Shown in pieces: positions 9,589 through 18,341 of a stretch of DNA of 64,000 nt. The stretch lies in NCBI GenBank assembly GCA_963717445.1, contig OY970334.1, positions 965,798 to 1,029,797 on the forward strand, in the 5' to 3' direction. The translations under genes were made by a program, and so were the position numbers. The notes beneath the pieces were generated by a model. The model saw only the letters and a list, made by a program, of their open reading frames with translations. It was not told the origin of the DNA and made no database searches. The first letter of the stretch is position 1. The number at the start of each line of letters is the position of its first letter. The DNA is from an uncultured Bacteroidota bacterium (GTDB lineage Bacteria > Bacteroidota > Ignavibacteria > UBA10030 > UBA8401).

Positions 9589-10863
9589 TCAAAAAATTAC
9601 CCGGATTGGATTATTAAGTTCCTCTGCGATCGATTTGAGGTACGAACGAAATTCTTCGAGGCTCGTAATCCCGTTCTGTTCCTGCTGCCATGCGGCAGCA
9701 AAATAGTATGTCAATTTACCTCCGCGGGGGCGCAGGATGACAAGATAACTGACATTGTCGGCACGTCGTTCGATTTTCTCCGAACCTTTATAGAACACTG
9801 CAATTCCCATGTTGTCACCAGCACGGGATTGCTTCCCAAACAATCCGAAGTACTGCCAACCTTTGTCCGGTCGACCGGTCGACTCGACGAGCGTTGTGTT
9901 CTCATGTTTTGCGAGACCGGTGCAAAGGTTCGACGGATTTGGAGAAATCTGTTCCTTGCACATCGTCAACCGGCTCCCGGCAGTGATCGAATAACTCGAT
10001 ATAAGATTATATTTTTTCCCTGCGACATTCCAGCCATAATATACAGCCCGTACATCGGAACGAACGGGGCCGTTTGCGGCAATAATACAAAATACACTGT
10101 CGGTGCTCGAAACGGTGACGACATCCGTTCCGCTTTGCATCGCAAGAGAACCAATACCTAGCGATGTACCAACCTTGAAATTATCCATTCCCCAATACAA
10201 CATAGATTCGTACGATTCGTTGTTGTTGGCAACGAGATCGTGTACCCCCGCGGTGTTTAGTACCATGTCCGCCACCTTCTTACCGAAAATATCAGTCCGG
10301 TTGCGCTCGTCCAAATAAAATCGATATCCTATTTTATCCGACTCCCATGTGGGCCCCTCGTGCTGGAATAACCCGTCGTGGTCAACGTGAACTGCGGGCA
10401 CTCGGACCGAATCGATGCGAACAAACCTTCCTTTCGCGTACTTTCCGTTCACGAACTCATAGTCCACCTTGATCGACATATCCGCCTGGGTCCGTTTCCT
10501 GTACTCTTTCTTTGGCAGTGCGTGCGGCCCCCATCGCAAAACGATTAATTTCTGCTCGTTCGGCGCGAAATCAGTGACGAACGTGAGCAGGTCGGGGGAT
10601 CCATTGCGGTCGGTATCATCAAACTGGCTTGGTAGTTCAACTCCTCCCGAATAGACCGTGCATGAACGCGGGTCAAAAGTCGGAACCTCCTTCTCGATCG
10701 ACGCAACGTCAATTGATATTGCTTCATCAATCCGCGCAATTGCCAAGGTATTCGAAGCATGTACGACGAGAGAATCGGGCAATGGTCGATGTGCACCATC
10801 TTTTGCGTAAGCAGTGAAGAGCGACAAACAGAGAGCAAGGGTGAGGGCAACAAAGTATTTCAT
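9589..10863 (-). CDS. Secreted DUF4861-like protein, a family I recall being co-located with kduI/kduD in Bacteroidota pectin loci
   Basis: Signal peptide MKYFVALTLALCLSLFTAYA (ATG verified at 10861-10863). About 420 aa with no catalytic motif I recognise. The family call is from memory of genomic context. Confidence 0.4.
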   Translation of the reverse strand: MKYFVALTLALCLSLFTAYAKDGAHRPLPDSLVVHASNTLAIARIDEAISIDVASIEKEVPTFDPRSCTVYSGGVELPSQFDDTDRNGSPDLLTFVTDFAPNEQKLIVLRWGPHALPKKEYRKRTQADMSIKVDYEFVNGKYAKGRFVRIDSVRVPAVHVDHDGLFQHEGPTWESDKIGYRFYLDERNRTDIFGKKVADMVLNTAGVHDLVANNNESYESMLYWGMDNFKVGTSLGIGSLAMQSGTDVVTVSSTDSVFCIIAANGPVRSDVRAVYYGWNVAGKKYNLISSYSITAGSRLTMCKEQISPNPSNLCTGLAKHENTTLVESTGRPDKGWQYFGLFGKQSRAGDNMGIAVFYKGSEKIERRADNVSYLVILRPRGGKLTYYFAAAWQQEQNGITSLEEFRSYLKSIAEELNNPIRVIF

Positions 10864-11105
10864 TGTTTTCCTTTCGAATGCCAGTAAGAAAACCGGACAG
10901 TCAACCGGGGTTTCTCGATTCAAGAAGATGTCGGGCATCTTATCTCAAAAATTGTGCTCAGCTAAAAATTTACTCCGGTCAATTGATGAGATGATCGACA
11001 TCTCGCAAAATACTCTAACGCCATGCTCTTCGAGTGCCAGTCGAGACGACTGACACCCGAAGGAATCATGACCGTTTCAAAACGTTGAACAACTGAACGT
11101 GCAAT

Positions 11106-13130
11106 TTATTTCAACAGCATCATTTTCTTTATAAATATAACTCCCGGCGATGACAATCGGTAGAAATAAATTCCCGATGACATGCTCGACGCGTTGAAAT
11201 TCGCCGTATAGAAGCCCGGCTGCATCACCCCATTGACCAGCGTAGCAACCCTTCTTCCAAGAACATCGAAAATTTCCAGAGTGATTTGGGATGCCTTTGG
11301 AACAGCGTAAGCGATCTGGGTTGAGGGGTTGAACGGGTTCGGATAATTCTGCGCCAACGAGAATTCTTTCGGCAACAGTGATTGAGCATCCGCCACACCC
11401 GTCACCTTGTTTCCCTTGCCGCTGACGGCCACGGAATCCGGTGATCCGAGAGCGTCGTACACCAACTTGATATAGCCGGATTGGCTGCTCGTGTCGGCGG
11501 GTGTAAACGTGATGACGAGATATGCATTGGCTCCAGAGTTGACGGCCACCGATCCAGATGCGGCAGCAAATGCCGAGTTTGATGAAGTGACCGTAAAGTG
11601 GACAGTACCTGGCCCAACATTCGTAAGTTGAATGCTGTCCTTCTTCGATGAAAGAAGGTTCACAGTACCGAATTTAATCTCGTGTCCGGAGACCGTAACA
11701 GGGGTCGTTGTCAGGGTCGGTGTGCCCCAGCGTGGATCGCCAGCGACTATACCATCTGTCGTTGTCATGCTCGCGAGCAATGACGCAGTACCTGCGATAT
11801 TGCAATTCAAAGTATCGAAATAATACTCGACATGCCTCCGGTTGTAGTCATACGTCCAATGCCCCGGAGAATCTTTCGTGAAATTCGGATCGTTGCCATT
11901 TTTTTGTTTCCCATCGCCTCCGAGTGACCGAGGCTCATAGATCCAACGGATCATCTTTGTCATAAGTGGAGGAGTGTTGTTGAGCGTAATGGCGACCTGT
12001 TTGAAACCCTTGGTAGTGTCCTTACCCTGCGCGGCCAACGTTGTGTTCATCCCCCAGGTGAGCCATGGCCCTTCACTTTGATAATAAGGACCGTTCGGGA
12101 GAGGAAGATTTAACATGGCCTGACCTGAATCCGACACCGCATAGTAGTTGTTGGAAATGTTCCATTTTGCGGCGAGGTTTCGATTTGTCAGCACCCATGC
12201 CATTCTCGGCTGCAAGTTGACTGTATCAAGTTCGCCGGGATCGCTGAATTCGACTTGTCGAATGTATGCCGTATCAGCTCCGAGGGCGAAATGGTCGACA
12301 AGCAAGTTGTTCGTTATCTGGAGTATACCTGCGCCCGTCGAGTCAACCCTCCCGAGGGAGAGAAACCCATGGTACGAGACACTATTGACGATGGTGTTAT
12401 GATTAAAAATAAAGTTCTTAATCGGGCCGAGTGTTGACTGGTAATGCCTGACCACTCGGTCTTGCAGGTTGACGAACGTGCAGTTCTCGATATCGCACGT
12501 ATCGACAATATTGTTTCTTAGGTCGATCCCTTTGCCGGCTCCGAAATTGGACGTTCCCTCAAACCCCATGTCTGCGAAGATGGAGTTGGTCACCTTGACG
12601 ACATGCGGTTGTCCGTCTGTTCTAAGCAAATTACCATTGACGGACTTCAAGATGCAGCTATCAACGTAAATGCTGCCGCCGCTGCCGGAGGCGTTCAGGT
12701 CGATGAGACCTCCCTGCAGGTGGTCGAGGTTGGAATCGACCGGTTCGTAGTATCCCGTGATGATAATGTGCTTAAGATAAATAGCGCCACCTGCAAGATT
12801 TGCAAACTCTCCAGGGGGGTTTCCGTTTGTCCCCGGATACAGATAGACCGTAGGATCGTAGTGGCCGCTACTCCCGTACTCACAACGAAAACTGAGGGTC
12901 TTGTTTGCAAATGCAAGTTGCGCGTTGAGGAGATAGACTCCATCTTTCTTTAATACGTAGACGCGTGTTCCGCCCTGAAAAGCGGCGCTTGAGGTGTCCT
13001 GGAAAATCAGCGTGTTGAGATACTGATTTCCCGACCCCACGTAGTCCTGCAAGACTAAATCCTGAGCGAACAAAGCCATCGGAAGCATCAGAACCATCAA
13101 AGCAGGAAAAATGTAACTGAGCTTAAGCAT
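11106..13130 (-). CDS. Secreted right-handed beta-helix protein (pectate-lyase-like fold) with type A T9SS C-terminal sorting domain
   Basis: Signal peptide MLKLSYIFPALMVLMLPMALFAQ (ATG verified at 13128-13130). Repeated N/G/T-rich beta-helix turns. The C-terminus reads LAQNYPNPFNPSTQIAY...GIYFYRL...IKKMMLLK. Confidence 0.6.
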   Translation of the reverse strand: MLKLSYIFPALMVLMLPMALFAQDLVLQDYVGSGNQYLNTLIFQDTSSAAFQGGTRVYVLKKDGVYLLNAQLAFANKTLSFRCEYGSSGHYDPTVYLYPGTNGNPPGEFANLAGGAIYLKHIIITGYYEPVDSNLDHLQGGLIDLNASGSGGSIYVDSCILKSVNGNLLRTDGQPHVVKVTNSIFADMGFEGTSNFGAGKGIDLRNNIVDTCDIENCTFVNLQDRVVRHYQSTLGPIKNFIFNHNTIVNSVSYHGFLSLGRVDSTGAGILQITNNLLVDHFALGADTAYIRQVEFSDPGELDTVNLQPRMAWVLTNRNLAAKWNISNNYYAVSDSGQAMLNLPLPNGPYYQSEGPWLTWGMNTTLAAQGKDTTKGFKQVAITLNNTPPLMTKMIRWIYEPRSLGGDGKQKNGNDPNFTKDSPGHWTYDYNRRHVEYYFDTLNCNIAGTASLLASMTTTDGIVAGDPRWGTPTLTTTPVTVSGHEIKFGTVNLLSSKKDSIQLTNVGPGTVHFTVTSSNSAFAAASGSVAVNSGANAYLVITFTPADTSSQSGYIKLVYDALGSPDSVAVSGKGNKVTGVADAQSLLPKEFSLAQNYPNPFNPSTQIAYAVPKASQITLEIFDVLGRRVATLVNGVMQPGFYTANFNASSMSSGIYFYRLSSPGVIFIKKMMLLK

Positions 13131-13296
13131 AACATCCTCCTTGGTGTGACATGGAATAAATCGTGAGCTATGTGGAACCGAATTCATTTTAGCCAAATTG
13201 TTTCTACCTATGAACATCGAATATTGAACGATGCACTTTGAGCGATCACCTCCTCCCAGCAATGTTGAATTCAGTGAATACTTGCTATGGTTCGTT

Positions 13297-16200
13297 CTAC
13301 AACGAAACCCTCACTCCGAAGTCCACGGTTACGCCATACAGCTCGGCCGTGCGTGGAATCTGCCAAGAAGTAAAATTATCCTTGAACGACGTTGTCTCCT
13401 GGCGATTGGTGAGATTGTTGACATTGAGAATCAAAGAAAATTTTTCACTCAGTTTCTGCTTCAGCGCGAGATCCAATTTCGTAAATGGGTCGACATAGAC
13501 GTCTGCTTGGCCATCTTGAGAATATGATTGGATGTACTGGCCCTGGAAGAATACCGACACCCGTCCGGAAAATCCACCGATGTCATATCCGAGGGCTACG
13601 TTACCGTAGAAATTGGGCTGGCCTTCCGACTCTCTTTTCAGGTCTATCGCAACATGATGGAATACGCTTGAGATAACCGGATTATTGCGAACATATGTTG
13701 TCTCCGAGGTGGCGATTATTTGGCTTCCAATGATGTAGGTCTCGGATCTCGTGATCGATGCGTTGTACGACAGCGTAATATTGCTGAGGTAGCCGGGAAG
13801 GAAACCAAAATTTATCTGATGCTCGAATTCGAACCCCCATGCGTACGAGGTTTTATCCGAATTGTATGGCATGGTCAGGATATGAATTGAGCGCTGACTG
13901 ATGATTGAAGCGAACGGCGCTGTAGTCTGCCACGTCAACCCCATCTTTTGAAACAATGAATCAACCCCATCGATGCTCACGTTGTTCATCTCATGATAGA
14001 GATTGTCGATGACTTTGTAGAACCCGGAGACGGATATGAGACCGATCGTATTGCTGTACACCTGAGTGTTCAATTCGTAATTCCATGCTTTTGTATCCTT
14101 CAGATTAGGATTACCGAGATCGAATATCTCACCGCCGGCTCCGGAGATATTGAAAGAAGGGAGACGGAAATTAAAATCTGGTCTGGCCAACGCCTTGTAG
14201 GCAGCAGCCCGTATTGTCAAGAAATCTGTCGGCGTGACCGACATCTGAGCATTCGGAAGCCAGATGGTTTCAGAATAATGGGTCGTAGAATCCTGGAGCG
14301 GTTGAGGCGTGATCTGCTGTATCCCGATTGTCGAAATTGCACCGTCGGTGAATTTTGCGCCATAGTCGTCCGATTCTTGCTCAAGGCGTACACCGGCGAT
14401 CAGGGTCATCGCCTGACCAATGTTGAATGTGTTCATGAGATATCCTGCGCTTACTCTCTCCTGCACGTTGTAGTCGCCGAGCTCAGCCAGCGCACTCGGA
14501 CCGAATTCGGGGGAACCGCTCACTGTCGCATTTTTCACCAACTGGTACCAGAGTTTTAAAGCATCCACATTGATGAGGGGCGTCATCTTGTACAAACCGA
14601 GAAGGTTGCGGGACGGGGCCGGATAATCGACGAAATCCGATAACGAGGGAGACGAAGATGATCGATTGTAGTAATAGTTTGCAAAACGGCTCGATTCCAA
14701 CATTGTCGTGTCGACGCCGATCGTTGAAAACCCATGGAGGTAGTTGTTGTCATCGAGTTCTTCCTTATTCATCCATCGCGTTCCATCTCTGTACTTTGCT
14801 CCCATTTTCAAATCGCCTGAGAGCTGGTCAAACAATGAGTATGTTTTTGTGACGTTGACGTAAGCGGTTCTCTCTTTATCGAAGTTATTTTGCTGATAAT
14901 AGACAGAGGTAGAGCAAGCGGCGGCCGAAAAGTTATTGAGAGCATAAGGAATGATGTTAAGTTCCGGGTGGTCGTGGCCGGAAGGAACTCCTCCCGGAAC
15001 CACTCCCGGCGTTTCTGTAAACTTCATCGCGAAATCGTACGGATTGTCAACGCGCGATTCGGCGTACGAAGCGCTCCAGTCAACATCGAACCCGCCGAGA
15101 AAATTTTTCCCCTGCAGGGCGGCATTGTCGGTGCTCGTCGTGAGCTCAGTGTAACGGTAGTTATAGTCCCAGGAACCGCCTCCACCCGTAACACCTGGAT
15201 ACACCCGGTCATAGAGCATGATATTTCTGCCGGTGCTGCTGTAGAGTCCGGATAACTTTACCGATCCACTGTCGGGCGTGTTGACGTCGAAGATCGCTTG
15301 ACCGCCATTCCTCGTCCTCACCTCATCAGTGAAATCGACTGTAAAGGGAGCCATTTCGTAATCGACGTTCCACGGCGAAGTGGGATTGTTAATGGGCTTG
15401 TAGTACGCATAACTGTATGTGATATCCTCTTTGCTCCTAATCTTTCTCTCGGTATTGCCCTGTAGCTGCACACCGAGAACATCATCCAAAAACCTCTCGC
15501 CGTACCGACCAGTGATGTCGTACTGTCTCGCCGAATTCATTAGACGATTATAGTCCCCCATGAGATCAAAAACGATTTCCCGCTCCGAAGGAGCTTTCCG
15601 GGTCACCAGATTAATAGAGCCGGCGATCGCGTCTCCATCCTGGTCGGGTGTGAGGGTTTTGTGAAGCTCAATGCCAGCAAGTTCTCCCTGCGAGATGGTG
15701 CTGAGGTCAACATCTCTCGATGTGGAATCGGTCGACGGTATCTTTACTCCATCCACAGTAATGTTGCTGAATCTCGAGCTGAGGCCCCGAAGGACGACTT
15801 TGGTCGCTTCACCGCCCGATCGAATCAGCGAGACTCCCGGCAAGCGGCCAATCGCCTCAGCCGCATTCGCGTCGGGCAGCTCCTTGATCTTCTCTTCCGA
15901 AACGACATTGACAATGGTTTTGGAGGAAACCTGCTCATTAATTGCCGCAACTTGGCCGCGCATTTGCGCAGTGATCACGACCGCCTGCCTCTGCAGTATT
16001 ATCTGGCTGAGACGCACGTTCAACTGTACTTCGTTCTTCGTAGAGAAATCCACTTCGGCGTATTTCGTTTCGTATCCTATGCACGATACTTTAACCGTGA
16101 AGGAGCGATGCGGAATCGCAGTAATACGGTATTCTCCTTCGATATCCGTTGAAGAGCCGAGCGACGTCCCTTCGAGAATGACATTGATTCCGATGAGCTT

Positions 16201-16314
16201 CTCATTCGTCAGGGAATCCGTTACCACGCCCTGCAGCGTCGACTGCCCAAAAGCGACGAGAGGCATTAACGATAAAGCTAAGGCGATGAGCTTTAATGCG
16301 GGAAGTATTTTCAT
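13297..16314 (-). CDS. TonB-dependent outer-membrane receptor (CarboxypepD_reg + plug + barrel)
   Basis: Signal peptide MKILPALKLIALALSLMPLVAFGQ (ATG verified 16312-16314). Plug-domain blocks DANAAEAIGRLPGVSLIR and TKVVLRGLSS are present, followed by a ~800 aa barrel. No SusD-like gene follows it. Confidence 0.8.
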   Translation of the reverse strand: MKILPALKLIALALSLMPLVAFGQSTLQGVVTDSLTNEKLIGINVILEGTSLGSSTDIEGEYRITAIPHRSFTVKVSCIGYETKYAEVDFSTKNEVQLNVRLSQIILQRQAVVITAQMRGQVAAINEQVSSKTIVNVVSEEKIKELPDANAAEAIGRLPGVSLIRSGGEATKVVLRGLSSRFSNITVDGVKIPSTDSTSRDVDLSTISQGELAGIELHKTLTPDQDGDAIAGSINLVTRKAPSEREIVFDLMGDYNRLMNSARQYDITGRYGERFLDDVLGVQLQGNTERKIRSKEDITYSYAYYKPINNPTSPWNVDYEMAPFTVDFTDEVRTRNGGQAIFDVNTPDSGSVKLSGLYSSTGRNIMLYDRVYPGVTGGGGSWDYNYRYTELTTSTDNAALQGKNFLGGFDVDWSASYAESRVDNPYDFAMKFTETPGVVPGGVPSGHDHPELNIIPYALNNFSAAACSTSVYYQQNNFDKERTAYVNVTKTYSLFDQLSGDLKMGAKYRDGTRWMNKEELDDNNYLHGFSTIGVDTTMLESSRFANYYYNRSSSSPSLSDFVDYPAPSRNLLGLYKMTPLINVDALKLWYQLVKNATVSGSPEFGPSALAELGDYNVQERVSAGYLMNTFNIGQAMTLIAGVRLEQESDDYGAKFTDGAISTIGIQQITPQPLQDSTTHYSETIWLPNAQMSVTPTDFLTIRAAAYKALARPDFNFRLPSFNISGAGGEIFDLGNPNLKDTKAWNYELNTQVYSNTIGLISVSGFYKVIDNLYHEMNNVSIDGVDSLFQKMGLTWQTTAPFASIISQRSIHILTMPYNSDKTSYAWGFEFEHQINFGFLPGYLSNITLSYNASITRSETYIIGSQIIATSETTYVRNNPVISSVFHHVAIDLKRESEGQPNFYGNVALGYDIGGFSGRVSVFFQGQYIQSYSQDGQADVYVDPFTKLDLALKQKLSEKFSLILNVNNLTNRQETTSFKDNFTSWQIPRTAELYGVTVDFGVRVSL

Positions 16315-16406
16315 AGTGCTCTCCGTAAAAGTATTGGCGCCAATCTGTAGAGCGCCAACGATAAGGTGAATTGATGATAACTCTCCTCCTCGCCTCTTAT
16401 CTTCCA

Positions 16407-17963
16407 TCACTTCAAAAGAATCATTTTCTTTACTATCACGGTTTCGTTTGTCTCCAAACGATAGAAATAGATGCCGCTTGGAAAGTCACGGCTTGAAAAA
16501 ATCACTTCATGAACTCCCGCAACCTGACGTTCTTTTGCGAGCATTGCAACCTTTTGTCCCAACTCATTAAATACCTCGAGTGTTACATAACTGTTCACTG
16601 GCAACTGATAACTGATTATCGTGCTTGGATTGAACGGGTTGGGAAAATTCTGCGACAGAGATGGCGAACGGGGCGACATCATCTGCCGGTCGTTCGAGAC
16701 ACGAGTCACATAGTCCGATTCAAATGCGCCAAGATCGGGAGCGCTCCCGTTGAACGGCAACCCGACGTTGGTACCTGCATCGATCAGGTCGCTCCCCTCG
16801 GCAAGATGCATAAAAAGGATATCCGGCAAACTTCCATCCGGCTTGCGCGGCCCGGTAACTCCGGCAGTATCCAGACTCACAAAATCCGTGTCTGTCACTG
16901 AAAACGGAGGCAGCCAACTGTTCGTCGCCTGCACGGCGCTTGCCAGCACTGAAACCCCGCCCGTCCCCGCCGAGATACAGTTCTTGATCGTGAGGATTGA
17001 GCCGGTCTTCAGCGCTTCGTTGATGTGGTAATTTGTCCCGTTCCTGTAGCCGGTACAGTTCAGGAGCGTCATCGATCCTCGGTTGTTATTCTGGTCGAAT
17101 CCTTTCACGCGATTGTCGAAGGCGAGACAATTTATCAATGTCATGTTGTGGCGGAGACTATCGGCATTGGAGTTGTCGCCTCCACCCATTTTGAAGCCGT
17201 TGCCGTTGCCGACGCTCGCCGCACCGCTCTTGAGATATCCGTTGTGAAATGTCCAACACATTTCAAAGGTCGTGAAGACGCTGTCCGAGGGACGCAAATA
17301 TCCGTCGCAACCGTCATCTGAATTTTGCCAGGAGCGGCAGCCATAGAAATAATTGTTGGTACCCACGTCAAGCTTTGGAGCAAAACCATCGGCGTTTCCT
17401 TGGCTTGGGTCGGCATTATAGTAGGAATCGCAATTGATGACCCGGTTGTTCGAAGCTCCGCCCCCCAATTGGAGCCCGGTATCTTCGTTTTCGCTGAACG
17501 AACAGTTCTCGATAATATTGTTCGAGCCGCTGATGATCATGCCGTTATCGCCAGCCCTCCAAATATCGAACCCTTTGATGTACCAGTAATTCTTGCTAAG
17601 GTTGATGCCCCTGTTGCTGCCGGAAATCGCCATGGCGCTGAAATCAAGGAATGGCCGCTCCCCGGGATATGCAAAGAGATAGTACATTGCACTGCTTGTT
17701 CCGCTCTTCGGGGTATTGATAGTGCTCGTCAATGAGTATGTACCCCCGCGGACGTACACCGTATCCCCAGCATGCATAATGGACAAAGCTTTGGTGATCG
17801 TCTGCAATGGTGCGTCAATGGTGCCGGCACTCGTATCACTCCCCGAAATTGAAACGTAGAGTTGAGCCTCCATGATATTGAGCATCAGAAGCAAGGCAAT
17901 ACCGACAATAGCGGATCGGGTCGCCAGCAAACTCATCCCCGTTTTTCCACGCGTTGGTTTCAT
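16407..17963 (-). CDS. Pectate-lyase-like beta-helix protein (DUF1565 / PL9-like N-terminus) with type A T9SS C-terminal domain
   Basis: N-terminal TIDAPLQTITKALSIMHAGDTVYVRGGTYS is followed by beta-helix NxxxxN repeats. The C-terminus reads LSQNFPNPFNPSTIISY...GIYFYRL...VKKMILLK. It overlaps the downstream TonB receptor by 4 nt. Confidence 0.6.
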   Translation of the reverse strand: MKPTRGKTGMSLLATRSAIVGIALLLMLNIMEAQLYVSISGSDTSAGTIDAPLQTITKALSIMHAGDTVYVRGGTYSLTSTINTPKSGTSSAMYYLFAYPGERPFLDFSAMAISGSNRGINLSKNYWYIKGFDIWRAGDNGMIISGSNNIIENCSFSENEDTGLQLGGGASNNRVINCDSYYNADPSQGNADGFAPKLDVGTNNYFYGCRSWQNSDDGCDGYLRPSDSVFTTFEMCWTFHNGYLKSGAASVGNGNGFKMGGGDNSNADSLRHNMTLINCLAFDNRVKGFDQNNNRGSMTLLNCTGYRNGTNYHINEALKTGSILTIKNCISAGTGGVSVLASAVQATNSWLPPFSVTDTDFVSLDTAGVTGPRKPDGSLPDILFMHLAEGSDLIDAGTNVGLPFNGSAPDLGAFESDYVTRVSNDRQMMSPRSPSLSQNFPNPFNPSTIISYQLPVNSYVTLEVFNELGQKVAMLAKERQVAGVHEVIFSSRDFPSGIYFYRLETNETVIVKKMILLK

Positions 17964-18138
17964 CGAACAAATCCCTTTCGCTCTATCATAAAAAAGAATG
18001 CGCGTTGCATCCCGAACAGGTACATCTCGTGATATTCATTGCCATACTATTTCGCCAACGATATTTTAGATTTTTAGAATGACCAGAATTTCTTGTCAGG
18101 GACACACATCGAGTTGGCATAAAAAGCCATTTTTCCCT

Positions 18139-18165
18139 TAATCGTTTACTTTATCGGTAACGTAA
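18139..18165 (-). promoter_or_regulatory. Conserved upstream motif, copy 1 (TAATCGTTTACTTTATCGGTAACGTAA), ~175 bp upstream of the PL9-like / TonB receptor / beta-helix operon
   Basis: Direct sequence identity with the copies at 20623-20649 and 44742-44775. All three lie upstream of minus-strand transcription units for secreted pectinolytic or T9SS proteins. Confidence 0.45.
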
Positions 18166-18244
18166 TATCGTGCAAGAATCTCCTGCGCGTGCCCGGTTTC
18201 CGGACATAACCCCTATTATTGATGATTACACCAATACGACCCCG

Positions 18245-18283
18245 TCGCTCGCAAGAATTAGTTAGGTCAATTCTTGCGAGCGA
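18245..18283 (-). terminator. Perfect 15-bp stem / 9-nt loop hairpin downstream of the 18342..20516 gene
   Basis: TCGCTCGCAAGAATT-agttaggtc-AATTCTTGCGAGCGA lies 60 nt past the stop codon. Confidence 0.45.
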
Positions 18284-18341
18284 ACGTCGGGCGCAAACGA
18301 CTGTCTCGCACCCAGAAGCGACCGACCCGATAGTCGAGCTG

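Noticed and set aside
10864-11105. Imperfect palindrome GAGATG-atcga-CATCTC and a partial motif match (AATTTACTCCGGTCAA) upstream of the DUF4861 gene
   Set aside because: The match to the conserved upstream motif is only partial (TTTACT..CGGT). Without statistics it cannot be told apart from chance.
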